DNA of 64,000 nt, from NCBI GenBank assembly GCA_002269645.1, contig NIVC01000109.1:310001-374000 (forward strand), read 5' to 3'. The notes below the pieces were generated by a model. It was not told the origin of the DNA. It saw only the letters and a list, made by a program, of their open reading frames with translations, and did no database searches. Below are positions 1 to 14,689 of the stretch, in pieces. A program made the translations under genes and the position numbers. The DNA is from Macrostomum lignano. Its lineage: Eukaryota. Within the stretch, counting starts at the first letter, position 1, and every line of letters begins with the position of its first letter.

Positions 1-2842
1 AATGTACACCTGAATAACCCAAAACGTTTATTTTATTATCTAACTTTACAATGCAACCCAAATTTTAAGTCTTTTAAGACGCTTAAAGTACTTACCACCA
101 CCTCTCAGACGCAAAACCACGCTCCGCCATTGCGCCTGAACTACGCCATCAGCATCGCCAAGGTCCGTCAGGATGCCGACCTCACTGCACTCGGGCAAGT
201 TGAAGCGTCGGACATGCTCCCCAGATGGGCGGGCATCGGGGTTGATGACGACCCTGGCGCTCTGCAGCTGCGGGTCGCTGCGCAGCAAGTCGACTGCGGA
301 CTTCAGGCTGCGCACGTAGCTGTTGCAATCATGCAGAACAGCTTGCAGCTCCTGCAGCAAAGTGTCGTTGAGACCTGCTGTCCATTGCAGTCTGTTCTGC
401 AGCTCTTGGTCCACAAAGAAGACCTGGCAGAACCTGGCCGCATCCCCTGGGTCCGGCAACAGGCTGCCGATCCGATGGTGCATCTGACCATGGAGGATGA
501 AGCTGGGGTTCCACCCGGGCTGTTCACGCTGCCTGGAACCAAGCGAGGTCATATGGAGCGCGCCGTTATACTTCCTGATGTCCTTCAGGAACTGCGAGCT
601 GAACGGATGCTCGCCAGTCAGCAGCCGCTTCAGAACATCAGGCGGGTCTCGGCGCTGCTCCAGGACGGTCTGTCAGTGTTAGAAAAAAAACTGAAGTAGC
701 TTTTATGCGGAGACGGGCTGCAGCAAATCATGCAATTGTCGATGACTCCATAGGTGGTCAGAGGCTTGATACAGTACAGGAGGCATAAATGAGGCAGCAA
801 TTCAAGTAAACTAAAACAATAAATATCAACTCACCTTTCCAGCATGGCAGCAAATGCTAGCTGGCTCGTCCGTCCAGCGTAGCGCGCTGCAGTGAGGGCA
901 TTGGCGGTCCATGCGACCGAGAACATGTGGCTGGTGTGCCAGCTCCAGCAGCCTGTGGTAATGAAATAGAGTATTTTAATCAGGAATTCTTGAAAATCCA
1001 GATCCACATGCAGAAAATTTAATAGTCTCAGATTATGAGCTACCACACATAAGAATAGCAGAATAAAATTTTATATAGGAACCCTACCTGTCTCGGCGCC
1101 ACTCTGCCTGTGCGTGTACACGGCGGTCGTGGTCCTCAGCGGACTCAGCCGCGCGATACTGGACCTGGCGCTGCCGCTGCGCCTCCAGGCGATGCAGATG
1201 GACTGCCTCCTCCTCGGCTTCACGGCTTTCGACAGCACGCAGCCGGTCGTGGTCGAGCCGATTCTGGCGTTCCACCTCGCCTTCAGCATCCCGGCTTTCA
1301 GCTAAGCGGAGTCGATTGCACTCAAGGCGATGCTGGCGCTGCACTTCGCCTTCGGCCTCACGGCTTCCGGCTGTGCGCAGTCGATTGCACTCAAGGCGAT
1401 GCTGGCGCTGCACTTCGCTTCGGCCTCACGGCTTCCGGCTGTGCGCATTCGATTGGACTCGAGGCGATTCTGGCGCTCCACTTCGCCCTCGGCTCTCTCG
1501 GCCCTATGCTGCCGCTCCCGCTCAACGCGCGCTGCACGCTCATCGGGTGTCTCCGACGCCCTGCGCTTCTTGGCATCCGATGCAGCGCGTGTAGAGCGGG
1601 AAAGGCTTCCTCGACCACGTTTTGGCATTATTATAGTAAGCAAATAGGGAATAGCAAATGGGCAAAAAAGCAAAAAGCAAATGACAAAAAAATAAGGAAA
1701 TAGCTCAATCGGAATATTAGACAAATTCTATTCTGATATCGAAGGAAATGTAACTGAATTGGAATTTCGCGCTATTAAGTAAGAGTTCAGTGTAAGTAAA
1801 GGCCCAGTGTACGTGATTTTAGTCAAAAAAATAACTTGAGCCTCCACCCCCCCCCCCCGACTCCTCAAATACTGAAATTACTCCAAATGATAGCTGGCTT
1901 AAATGTGCGAACGCAATCCCCCAATTTTATCTGAAAGTTAAAAATAAGGTTACGCAATCTTAATAAACCCTCCAATACACAGCGACCGACCCCCCTCCAA
2001 TGCAGAGCGGCAGTAAGAAATTGAACTCCTCAACTTTATCTATTACGTATCGCAAAAATGAGTACAATCTTTGCAGAAAGTTAAAAGCATGGTTATCGTT
2101 TTCTGAATGCTGTGCTTTAAGTTTTCATTTTTAAAGCAAACAACTTACATCTTTGAAACCAGCGTTGCAAGATCTTTCCAGCAATATAAGTCTCTCCTCT
2201 CAAATTTTAAAAGTTGAGGAACACTTTGCGTTTAAAACTTCCCAGTTTAAAGCATTGAATTTTTGTGCGTACATTCACTGCCTTTTCCACTGAGAGGCTC
2301 GCAAGTTTATTCATTGAATTTCACAGTTCAACACAGGGTTTCCTAATGAAAGGCGCTGATAATAAAACCAATTGAATCTCGACCCAGTAGCCATATCGTT
2401 GCGCTTCACACCCACCACCCCACGAAATTCATCAATTAAGCCAAATTGCAGTTGACTAATATCGATCCGTAGCAATTGCCGGTGAGCCAGGGTCCAATTG
2501 TACGCATGCAGCCACTTAGAACGCCCCATCCCCCCACTGGAGAGTAAATGCACTGGCGACATAGGAAAAAGTTGTGGCGTAATCACTCAAAATTCATGCA
2601 AATTTTCAGCTCCGAGCAGAAAGAGGGTACAATTAAGATTATCAAAGGTCAGAATTGCCGTTTTCTGCTTTTTTAGGGATCTTAAAATGTAAAAATAAAA
2701 GATTAAAACAGCCTAAAGCCATCCTCGGAAAATTTGCAGTTTTCCCACATAAGTTTCAACGCTGACTTGCAAGTATTCTAGGAGGAGTTATCCAACAAAC
2801 ACACACACACACAGACAAACAACGCACCAGTTTTAGTATTAA
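1..2842 (-). mobile_element. Autonomous-type Helitron, 5' portion (runs off the window start)
   Basis: Contains RepHel N-terminal exons. Segment ~1900-2842 is homologous to the 5' part of the adjacent array units and begins (minus strand) TTAATACTAAAAC at 2842, followed by a (TG)n microsatellite, like those units. Confidence 0.8.
96..1628 (-). CDS. Helitron Rep/helicase (RepHel) N-terminal region, spliced: exons 1628-1088, 952-835, 669-96, continuing beyond the window
   Basis: MPKRGRGSLSRSTRAASDAKKRRASETPDERAAR (STPR-like charged repeats), then LGRMDRQCPHCSALRWTDEPASICCHAGK (Helitron CxxC..CC motif), then QFLKDIRKYNGALHMTSLG...HGQMHHRIGSLLP...RFNLPECSEV. GT-AG introns have matching phases. 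There is one 1-bp frameshift near 1418 in a GG run of the N-terminal repeat (mutation or read error). Confidence 0.9.
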
Positions 2843-4189
2843 CGAGGCCAACTCCTCCTTCGGAGAAGAAAGGGGAAGAACTCCAATCAGCGGAATTCCA
2901 TTCCCTGAACTCCATAAGCGGAATCCCATTTTCCAACACCTCTCCGCGCAACAGAAATCGTCTCCGTGAAACTGAACACTATCGAAATCCTCTCCGTGAA
3001 ACTGAACACCATCGAAATATTCTCCGCGAAATAGAAATCCTCTCCGTGAAACTGGACTAAATCGAAATTTCTACGTCAAATAGCCCAGCTCTCAGAATTC
3101 ATTGGTTAGGGTTAGGGTTAGGGTTGACAGCTGCGTGTTGAAAGGCGCCGTAAAAACATTGAACCAATTAAATTGCGCAACTTATTTCTCAGGCAGTCAG
3201 TATCAGCCTCAGTTAAAGTTAACAAAAAGATTGCGCAATCTAAATCAACCCTCAAATACACAGCAACCGACCCCCCTTCCAATACGCAGTGCAGCTAGAA
3301 ATTGAACTCCCCCCACCAACTATTGGGGGGTCGGTCGAACCCCCATTGAACTCCAAAATGAGCACAATCTTTGCAGAAAGCTAAAAGTATGAAAATCTTT
3401 TCTTGAATGCTGTGAATTTAATTTTCATATTTAAAGCAAAAAACTTATATCCCCGAACTCATTGCAGCAAGATCTTTCCAGCAATATAAGTCTCTCCTCT
3501 CTAAGTTCAAAACTCGAGCAACAGTTAGTGTTTGAAACTTTCTGATTTTAAGCATTGAAATATCGAGTGTACGTTCACTGCCTGCTAAAGATGCTCGCAA
3601 GTTTATGCATTAAAATGCACTGAATTTCACTGTGCAAAAAATACACAGGGCTTCCTGTTAAAATAAAGTCAGCCAGTGAGCCAGGGTCCGATTGTACACA
3701 CGCCGCCAATGAGAACGCGCCCATTCCCCCACAGGAGAGAAAATGCACTGGCGACATAGGAAAAAGTTGTGGCGTAATCACTCAAAATTTATGCCAATTT
3801 TCAGCTCCGAGCAGAAAGAGGGACAAATAAGATTATCAAAGGTCAGAATTGCTGCTTCCTGCTTTTTTAGGGATCTTAAAATTAAAAAATGAAAGATTAA
3901 AATAGCCTAAAGCCATCCTCGGAAAATTTGCAGTTTTCCCATATAAGTTTCAACGCTGAGTTGCAAGTATTCTAGGAGGAGTTATCGAACTGACATACAT
4001 ACAGACAAACAACGCACCACTTTTAGTATTAACGAGTGGAACTCCTCCTTCGGAGGAGAAAGGGGAAGAACTCCCATCACTGGAATTCTATTCCCTGAAA
4101 TATCCATCAACTGAAATTCCATGTCTTTAACCCTATCTTTCAAATCGTCTCCAAATTCTTTACAAAATCTTTCAAAGACCATAGCTCAA

Positions 4190-5075
4190 AGACTCTCAAG
4201 TCTCTCATATCTCCTCTCTCCTCTCTCTCATCTCATCTCTACCCCTGCTCCCTTATTTATCTCTTCTCCCTCGTCTTTCGTCTGTACCTTCTCCTGTCTT
4301 CTGTCTCCTCTCTTCACTCTTATCTCTCCCTCTTCTCTCCTCTCTCATATGTCATCTCTCCTTACTTATCTATCGTCTCTCTTAACCCTCTCTCTCTTCT
4401 CTTTTCTCTCCTATCTGCTTCTCATTTCTCATATCTCATATACGCTCTCACACTCTACTTTCTTGTCTCCCATCTTTCTTTCCTCCTTACCACTATCCCC
4501 TGTCTCTTCTCTTCTCTCTTTTCTATCGTCTCCATTCTCTTATCTCTCCTCTCCTCACTACTTTCCTTCTCTTAACTCTCTTATCTCTGATCTTTCATCT
4601 CTTTCCTCTCTCCTCTCTCTCTCTCTTCTCCTCTCGCTTCTCTCTCTTCTCTCTCGCCTCTCATCTATACTACCTTATTTATATTTTCTCCCTGGTCTTT
4701 CGTCTCTACTCTCTCCTGTCTCATTTCTCCCCTCTTTCTCCTCTCTTCTCTCTCCCCTCCTCTCTCATCTCTCATCCCTTATCTCACTCCTTCTTTCTCC
4801 TCTACTCTCCCCTCTTTTCTATTACCTCTGTACGCTCTTATCCCTCATCTCTATTCTCTCTCCTATCATCTCTCTTGTCTCCCTCTGCTATCTCATATCT
4901 CTCCTCTCGTCTCCTCTCTTCTCTTCTCTTCTCTCTCCTTCGTTCCCGCCTTACTCACCTCTTCTCTCCCATCTGTCATGTCTAATCTCTCGTCTCATTT
5001 CTACTCTGTTTTCTACCATCTCATCTCATCTCTCTTCTCTTTTCATTCTTCTCTTTACTCTCTTCTCTGACTGAT
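4190..5075. repeat. CT-rich (polypyrimidine) block of long Helitron unit
   Basis: ~900 bp almost only C/T on the + strand; homologous to the blocks at 11.5, 14.7 and 17.4 kb. Confidence 0.9.
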
Positions 5076-8000
5076 TGAAGATGCCAAATCTATCAAGATC
5101 TTCTCCGCGAAGCAGAAATCCTGTCCGTACAACTGAAAACCATCGAAATCCTCTCCGTGAAACTGGACTCCTTCGAAATCCTCTCCGTGAAACTGGACTC
5201 CTTCGAAATCCTCTCCGTGAAACTGGACTCCTTCGAAATCCTCTCCGTGAAACTGGACTCCTTCGAAATCCTCTCCGTGAAACTGGACTCCTTCGAAATC
5301 CTCTCCTTGAAACTTAAATCCATCAAAATCGTCTCCATAAAGCAGAAATCAATCATTAATTATCTCCGCGAAACAGAAATCCTCTCCGTGAGGCTGAACA
5401 TCATCAAAATCCTCTCCGTGAAACTGAACATCATCGAAATCCTCTCCACGAAACAGAAATCTTCTCCGTCAGAATTTAAACATTGAAATCGTCTCCGCTA
5501 AACTTGACTTAATCGAATTTTTTCCGTCAAACAACTCAACTCGCCAGATTCATTAGGGTTAGGGTTAGGGTTAGGGTTAGAACTACGCACAGCTTCGTGT
5601 TAAAAGGCACAGATAAAAATATTGAACTAATTGAATCAATTCATTGCGCAACCGATTTCACAGTCAGTCAGTATCAGCCTCAGGTAAAGTTAACAAAAGA
5701 TTGCGCAATCTAAATCAACCCTCCAATCCACAGCTGTAGTGAGAAGTTGAACCCTCCCCCAACTTTATCTATTACGTCTTGCAAAACTGAGTACAATATT
5801 TGCAAAAAGTTAAAAGTATGGAAATAGTTTTCCAAATGCTGTGCTTTTTCTTTTCATAGTTAAAGCAAACAACTTATATCCCCGAACTCAGCGTTGCAAG
5901 ATCTTGCCAGCAATATAAGTTTCTCCTCTCAAAGTTTAAAACTCGAGGAACAGTTAGCGTTTGAAACTGTCTGATTTATAGCATTGAAGTATCGAGTGTA
6001 CGTTCACTGCCTGCTTGCAAGTTGATGCATTGAATTTCAATGTCCAACAAATACACAGGACTGCCCATTGATAGGCAGGAAAACTTATCAGTAGCCATAT
6101 CATTGCGCAATTATCTATAAAGTCAGCCAGTGAGCCAGGGTCCAATTGTACACACGCCGCCAATGAGAACGCGCCCATTCCCCCACAGGAGAGAAAATGC
6201 ACTGGCGACATAGGAAAAAGTTGTGGCGTAATCACTCAAAATTTATGCCAATTTTCAGCTCCGAGCAGAAAGAGGGGACAATTAAGATTATCAAAGGTCA
6301 AGACCGCCGTTTTCTGCTTTTTTAGGGATCTTAAAAATTGAAAATGAAAGATTAAAATGGCCTAAAGCCATCCTCGGAAAATTTGCAGTTTTCCCATATA
6401 AGTTTCAACGCTGAGTTGCAAGTATTCTAGGAGGAGTTATCGAACTGACATACAGACAGACAGAAACAACGCGTCAACTTTAGTATATACGAGGCCAACT
6501 CCTCCTTCGGAGAAGAAAGGGGAAGAACTCCAATCAGCGGAATTCCATTCCCTGAACTCCATCAGCGGAATCCCATTTTCCAACACCTCTCCGCGCAACA
6601 GAAATCGTCTCCGTGAAACTGAACACTATCGAAATCCTCTCCGTGAAACTGAACACCATCGAAATATTCTCCGCGAAATAGAAATCCTCTCCGTGAAACT
6701 GGACTAAATCGAAATTTCTCCGTCAAACAGCCCAGCTCTCAGAATTCATTGGTTAGGGTTAGGGTTAGGGTTAGAGCTACACACAGCTGCGTGTTGAAAG
6801 GCGCCGTAAAAAATCGAACCAATTAAATTGCGCAACTTATTTCTCAGGCAGTCAGTATCAGCGTCGGTTAAAGTTAACAAAAAGATTGCGCAATCTAAAT
6901 CAGCCCTCCAATACACAGCAACCGACCCCCTTCCAATACGCAGTGCAGCTAGAAATTGAACCCCCCCTACTAACTATTGGGGGGGGTCGGTCGAACCCCC
7001 ATTGAACTCCAAAATGAGCAAAATCTTTGCAGAAAGCTAAAAGTATGAAAATCTTTTCTTGAATGCTGTGAATTTAATTTTCATATTTAAAGCAAAAAAC
7101 TTATATCCCCGAACTCATCGCAGCAAGATCTTTCCAGCAATATAAGTCTCTCCTCTCTAAGTTCAAAACTCGAGCAACAGTTAGTGTTTGAAACTTTCTG
7201 ATTTTAAGCATTGAAATATCGAGTGTACGTTCACTGCCTGCTAAAGATGCTCGCAAGTTTATGCGTAAAAATGCACTGAATTTCACTGTGCAAAAAATAC
7301 ACAGGGCTGCCTGTTAAAAAACAGAACACAAATAGTTGCGCAATTGTCTATAAAGTCAGCCAGTGAGCCAGGGTCCGATTGTACACACGCCGCCAATGAG
7401 AACGCGCCCATTCCCCCACAGGAGAGAAAACGCACTGGCGACATAGGAAAAAGTTGTGGCGTAATCACTCAAAATTTATGCCAATTTTCAGCTCCGAGCA
7501 GAAAGAGGGGACAATAAGATTATCAAAGGTCAGAATTGCTGCTTTCTGCTTTTTTAGGGATCTTAAAATTAAAAATGAAAGATTAAAATAGCCTAAAGCC
7601 ATCCTCGGAAAATTTGCAGTTTTCCCATATAAGTTTCAACGCTGAGTTGCAAGTATTCTAGGAGGAGTTATCGAACTGACATACATACAGACAAACAACG
7701 CACCACTTTAGTATTAAGACGAGGCCAACTCCTCCTTCGGAGAAGAAAGGGGAAGAACTCCAATCAGCGGAATTCCATTCCCTGAACTCCATCAGCGGAA
7801 TCCCATTTTCAACACCTCTCCGCGCAACAGAAATCGTCTCCGTGAAACTGAACACATCGAAATCCTCTCCGTGAAACTGAACACCATCGAAATATTCTCC
7901 GCGAAATAGAAATCCTCTCCGTGAAACTGGACTAAATCGAAATTTCTACGTCAAACAGCCCAGCTCTCAGAATTCATTGGTTAGGTTAGGGTTAGGGTTA

Positions 8001-11000
8001 GAGCTACACACAGCTGCGTGTTGAAAGACGCCGTAAAAACATTGAACCAATTAAATTGCGCAACTTATTTCTCAGGCAGTCAGTATCAGCCTCAGTTAAA
8101 GTTAACAAAAAGATTGCGCAATCTAAATCAACCCTCAAATACACAGCAACCGACCCCCTTCCAATACGCAGTGCAGCTAGAAATTGAACCCCCCCCACCA
8201 ACTATTGGGGGGTCGGTCGAACCCCCATTGAACTCCAAAATGAGAACAATCTTTGCAGAAAGCTAAAAGTATGAAAATCTTTTCTTGAATGCTGTGAATT
8301 TAATTTTCATATTTAAAGCAAAAAACTTATATCCCCGAACTCATCGCAGCAAGATCTTTCCAGCAATATAAGTCTCTCCTCTCTAAGTTCAAAACTCGAG
8401 CAACAGTTAGTGTTTGAAACTTTCTGATTTTAAGCATTGAAATATCGAGTGTACGTTCACTGCCTGCTAAAGATGCTCGCAAGTTTATGCATTAAAATGC
8501 ACTGAATTTCACTGTGCAAAAAATACACAGGGCTTCCTGTTAAAAAACAGAACACAAATAGTTGCGCAATTGTCTATAAAGTCAGCCAGTGAGCCAGGGT
8601 CCAATTGTACACACGCCGCCAATGAGAACGCGCCCATTCCCCCACAGGAGAGAAAATGCACTGGCGACATAGGAAAAAGTTGTGGCGTAATCACTCAAAA
8701 TTTATGCCAATTTTCAGCTCCGAGCAGAAAGAGGGGACAATTAAGATTATCAAAGGTCAAGACCGCCGTTTTCTGCTTTTTTAGGGATCTTAAAAATTGA
8801 AAATGAAAGATTAAAATAGCCTAAAGCCATCCTCGGAAAATTTGCAGTTTTCCATATAAGTTTCAACGCTGAGTTGCAAGTATTCTAGGAGGAGTTATCG
8901 AACTGACATACATACAGACAAACAACGCACCACTTTTAGTATTAACGAGGCCAACTCCTCCTTCGGAGAAGAAAGGGGAAGAACTCCAATCAGCGGAATT
9001 CCATTCCCTGAACTCCATCAGCGGAATCCCATTTTCCAACACCTCTCCGCGCAACAGAAATCGTCTCCGTGAAACTGAACACTATCGAAATCCTCTCCGT
9101 GAAACTGAACACCATCGAAATATTCTCCGCGAAATAGAAATCCTCTCCGTGAAACTGGACTAAATCGAAATTTCTACGTCAAATAGCCCAGCTCTCAGAA
9201 TTCATTGGTTAGGGTTAGGGTTAGGGTTGACAGCTGCGTGTTGAAAGGCGCCGTAAAAACATTGAACCAATTAAATTGCGCAACTTATTTCTCAGGCAGT
9301 CAGTATCAGCCTCAGTTAAAGTTAACAAAAAGATTGCGCAATCTAAATCAACCCTCAAATACACAGCAACCGACCCCCTTCCAATACGCAGTGCAGCTAG
9401 AAATTGAACTCCCCCCCACCAACTATTGGGGGTCGGTCGAACCCCCATTGAACTCCAAAATGAGCACAATCTTTGCAGAAAGCTAAAAGTATGAAAATCT
9501 TTTCTTGAATGCTGTGAATTTAATTTTCATATTTAAAGCAAAAAACTTATATCCCCGAACTCATTGCAGCAAGATCTTTCCAGCAATATAAGTCTCTCCT
9601 CTCTAAGTTCAAAACTCGAGCAACAGTTAGTGTTTGAAACTTTCTGATTTTAAGCATTGAAATATCGAGTGTACGTTCACTGCCTGCTAAAGATGCTCGC
9701 AAGTTTATGCATTAAAATGCACTGAATTTCACTGTGCAAAAAATACACAGGGCTTCCTGTTAAAAAACAGAACACAAATAGTTGCGCAATTGTCTATAAA
9801 GTCAGTCAGTGAGCCAGGGTTCAAGTGTACACACGCAGCCACTGAGAACGCGACCATCCCCCACTTGAGAGAAAATACACTGCCAAGATAGAAAAATTTT
9901 ATGGCGCAATCACTAAAATTGATGCAAATTTTCAGCTCCAAGCAGAAAGAGGGGAATATTAAGATTATCAAAGGTCAAGACCGCCATTTTCTGCTTTTTT
10001 AGGGATCTTAAAAATTGAAAATGAAAGATTAAAATAGCCTAAAGCCATCCTCGGAAAATTTGCAGTTTTCCCATATAAGTTTCAACGCTGAGTTGCAAGT
10101 ATTCTAGGAGGAGTTATCGAACTGACATACATACAGACAAACAACGCACCACTTTTAGTATTAAGACGAGGCCAACTCCTCCTTCGGAGAAGAAAGGGGA
10201 AGAACTCCAATCAGCGGAATTCCATTCCCTGAACTCCATCAGCGGAATCCCATTTTCCAACACCTCTCCGCGCAACAGAAATCGTCTCCGTGAAACTGAA
10301 CACCATCGAAATATTCTCCGCGAAATAGAAATCCTCTCCGTGAAACTGGACTAAATCGAAATTTCTACGTCAAACAGCCCAGCTCTCAGAATTCATTGGT
10401 TAGGTTAGGGTTAGGGTTAGAGCTACACACAGCTGCGTGTTGAAAGCGCCGTAAAAACATTGAACCAATTAAATTGCGCAACTTATTTCTCAGGCAGTCA
10501 GTATCAGCCTCAGTTAAAGTTAACAAAAAGATTGCGCAATCTAAATCAACCCTCAAATACACAGCAACCGACCCCCCTTCCAATACGCAGTGCAGCTAGA
10601 AATTGAACCCCCCCACCAACTATTGGGGGGTCGGTCGAACCCCCATTGAACTCCAAAATGAGCACAATCTTTGCAGAAAGCTAAAAGTATGAAAATCTTT
10701 TCTTGAATGCTGTGAATTTAATTTTCATATTTAAAGCAAAAAACTTATATCCCCGAACTCATTGCAGCAAGATCTTTCCAGCAATATAAGTCTCTCCTCT
10801 CTAAGTTCAAAACTCGAGCAACAGTTAGTGTTTGAAACTTTCTGATTTTAAGCATTGAAATATCGAGTGTACGTTCACTGCCTGCTAAAGATGCTCGCAA
10901 GTTTATGCATTAAAATGCACTGAATTTCACTGTGCAAAAAATACACAGGGCTTCCTGTTAAAAAACAGAACACAAATAGTTGCGCAATTGTCTATAAAGT

Positions 11001-11529
11001 CAGTCAGTGAGCCAGGGTTCAAGTGTACACACGCAGCCACTGAGAACGCGACCATCCCCCACTTGAGAGAAAATACACTGCCAAGATAGAAAAATTTTAT
11101 GGCGCAATCACTAAAATTTATGCAAATTTTCAGCTCCAAGCAGAAAGAGGGGACAATTAAGATTATCAAAGGTCAAGACCGCCATTTTCTGCTTTTTTAG
11201 GGATCTTAAAAATTGAAAATGAAAGATTAAAATAGCCTAAAGCCATCCTCGGAAAATTTGCAGTTTTCCCATATAAGTTTCAACGCTGACTTGCAAGTAT
11301 TCTAGGAGGAGTTATCCAACAAACACACACACACACCCAGACAAACAACGCACCAACTTTAGTATTAAGAGAGAGACGAGTGGAACTCCTCCTTCGGAGG
11401 AGAAAGGGGAAGAACTCCCATCACCGGAATTCTATTCCCTGAAATATCCATCAACTGAAATTCCATGTCTTTAACCCTATCTTCCAAATCGTCTCCAAAT
11501 TCTTTACAAAATCTTTCAAAGACCATAGC

Positions 11530-12250
11530 TCAAAGACTCTCAAGTCTCTCATATCTCCTCTCTCCTCTCTCTCATCTCATCTCTACCCCTGCTCCCTTAT
11601 TTATCTCTTCTCCCTCGTCTTTCGTCTGTACCTTCTCCTGTCTTCTGTCTCCTCTCTTCACTCTTATCTCTCCCTCTTCTCTCCTCTCTCATATGTCATC
11701 TCTACTCACTTATCTATCGTCTCTCTTAACCCTCTCTCTCTCTTCTCTTTTCTCTTCTCTCTGCTCTCATTTCTCATATTTCATATACGCTCTGACACTA
11801 CTTTCTTGTCTCCCATCTTTCTTCCTCCTTTTCACTATCCCCTGTCTCTTCTCTTCTCTCTTTTCTATTCTCTCCATTCTCTCTTTTCTCATTTCCTTGC
11901 TCCTTTCATCTCTCTCCTCTCTCCTCACTCTCTTCTCCTTTCGCTTCTCTCTCCTCTCTCTCCTCTCATCTTTACTACCTTATTTATATCTTCTCCTAGT
12001 CTTTCGTCTGTACTCTCTCCTGTCTCCTCTCTCCCCTGCTCTCTCATCCCTCATCTCCTCATCTCACTCTTTCTTTCTCCTCTACTCTCCCCTCTCTTAT
12101 ATTGCCTCTGTACGCTCTTATCCCTCATCTATTCTCTCTCCTATCATCTCCAATCTGTCATGTCTAATCTCTCCACTCAATTATACTCTGTTTTCTATCA
12201 TCTCTTCTCTCTTCTCTTTTCAGTCTTCTCTTTACTCTCTTCTCTGACTG
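11530..12250. repeat. CT-rich block of long Helitron unit
   Basis: Same start (CTCAAAGACTCTCAAGTCTCTC) and end (CTGACTGATTGAAGATGCC) as 4190-5075. Confidence 0.9.
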
Positions 12251-12638
12251 ATTGAAGATGCCAAATCCATCAAGATCCTCTCCGCGAAGCAAAAATCCTG
12301 TCTGTGCAACTAAAAACCATCGAAATCCTCTCAGTGAAACTGGACTCCTTCGAAATCCTCTCCTTGAAACTTAAATCCATCAAAATTGTTTCCATAAAAC
12401 AGAAATCAATCATAAATTATCTCCGCGAAACAGAAAGCCTCTCCGTGAAGCTGAACATGATCGAAATCCTCTCCGTGAAACTGAACACCATGGAAATCCT
12501 TTCGTGAAACTGAACATCATCGAAATCCTCTCCACGAAACAGAAATCTTCTCCGTCAGAATTTAAACATTGAAATCGTCTCCGTTAAACTTGACTTAATC
12601 GAATTTTTTCCGTCAAACAACTTAACTCGCCAGATTCA

Positions 12639-12672
12639 TTAGGGTTAGGGTTAGGGTTAGGGTTAGGGTTAG
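12639..12672 (+). repeat. Interstitial telomeric tract (TTAGGG)5, the longest of those present in every array unit
   Basis: Similar tracts near 3105, 5553 (x4), 6752, 7981, 9208, 10400, 15860, 18657 and 20328. Confidence 0.9.
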
Positions 12673-14689
12673 AACTACGCACAGCTTCGTGTTAAAAGGC
12701 ACAGATAAAAATATTGAACTAATTGAATCAATTCATTGCGCAACCGATTTCACAGTCAGTATCAGTCTCAGTTAAATTTAACCAAAAGATTGCGCAATTT
12801 AAATCAACCCTCCAGTACACAGAGACCGACCCCTTTTCAATACGCTGTGGCAGTTAGAAATTGAACCCCATCTGTTGGGGGCATTGAACCAAAAAATGAG
12901 TACAATCTTTGCAGAAAGCTAAAAGTATGGAAATAGTTTTTTTGATGCTGCTCTTTTAGTCTTTATATTGAAAGCTAACAATTTATATCCTCGAACTCAG
13001 CGTTGCAAGATCTTTTCAGCAGTATAAGTCTCTTCTCTTAAAGTTTAGAACTCGAAGAGCAGTTAGCGTTTGAAAGTTTCCGTTTTAAAGCATTAAAATA
13101 TCGAGTGTACGTTCACTGCCTGCCAAAGAGGCTCGCAAGTTGATTCATTCACTACACAGGCCGGCTATTACACAGGGCAGCGTATTGAAAGGCACAGATA
13201 ATAAAACAAATTGATGGTGCAACCGATTTCACAGTCAGTCAGTATCAGTCTCAGTTAAAGTTAACAAAAACATTGCGCAATCTAAATCAACCCTCCAATA
13301 CACAGCAGCAGTGAGAAGTTGAACCCTCCCCCCAACTTTATCTATTACGTCTCGCAAAACTGAGCACAATTTTTGCAGAAAGTTAAAAGCATGGAAATAG
13401 TTTTTTCAATGCTGTGCTTTTTCTTTTTATATTTAAAGCAAACAACTTATATCCCGAACTCAGCGTTGCAAGATCTTTCCAGCAATATAAGTTTCTCCTC
13501 TGAAAGTTTAAAACTCGAGGAACAGTTAGCGTTTGAATTTACCAATTTCCCGACTACTTGCTAGAGAAGCTCGCAAGTTTATTCATTGAATTTCACTGCC
13601 AAACTAATACACAGGGCCGATAATAAAAAATGAACCAATTGAATCAATTGATTGTGCAATATATTTCTGTGTTAGTCAGTATCAGTCTCAGTTAAAGTTA
13701 ACAAACAGATTGCGCAATCTAAATCAACCCTCCAATACACACCGACCGACCTCCTAACTGTTGGGGGGTCGGTCGAACGCCATTGAAATCCTAAAATGAG
13801 TACAATCTTTGCAGAAAGTTTAAAGTATGGAAATAGTTTTTGCAATGCAGAGCTTTTAGTTTTCATATTTAAAGCAAACAATTTATATCCCTGAAATCAG
13901 CTTTGCAAGTTCTTTCCAGCAATATAAATTTTTTCTCTCAAAGTTAAAAACTCGAGCAACAGTTTGCGTTTGAAACTTTCTGATTTAAAGCATTGAAATA
14001 TCGATTGTACGTTCACTGCCTGCTAAAGAGGCCCGCAAGTTTATGCATTGAATTTCAAGGTTCAACAAAATCACAGGGCTGCCTATTGAAAATTAGAACA
14101 CAAATCTTTGCGCAATTGTCTATACAGTCAGCCAGTGAGCCAGGGTCCGATTGTACACATGCAGCCATTTAGAACGCCCCATCCCCCACTGGAGAGAAAA
14201 TACACTGCAGAGATAGGGAAAAGTTGTGGCGCAATCGCTTGAAATTCATGCAAATTTTCAGCTCCAAGCAGAAAGAGGGGACAATTAAGATTATCAAAGG
14301 TCAAGACCGCCGTTTTCTGCTTTTTTGAGGATCTTAGAAATTAAAATTTCAGAATTAAAATAGCCTATAGCCGACCTCGGATAATTTCCAATCTTCCCAT
14401 ATAAGTTTCAACGCTGAGTTGGCACTATTCAAGGAGGAGTTGTCGAAATGACAGACAGACAGACAGACAAACAACACGTCAACTTTAGTATATACGAGTG
14501 GAACTCCTCCTCTGGAGGAGAAAGGGGAAGAACTCCCATCACCGGAATTCTGAAGGGGAAGAACTCCCATCACCGGAATTCTGAAGGGGAAGAACTCCCA
14601 TCACCGGAATTCTGAAGGGGAAGAACTCCTATCAGCTGAAATTCCATGAATTGAATCCCATCTTCCAAATCATCTCCAAATCCTCTACA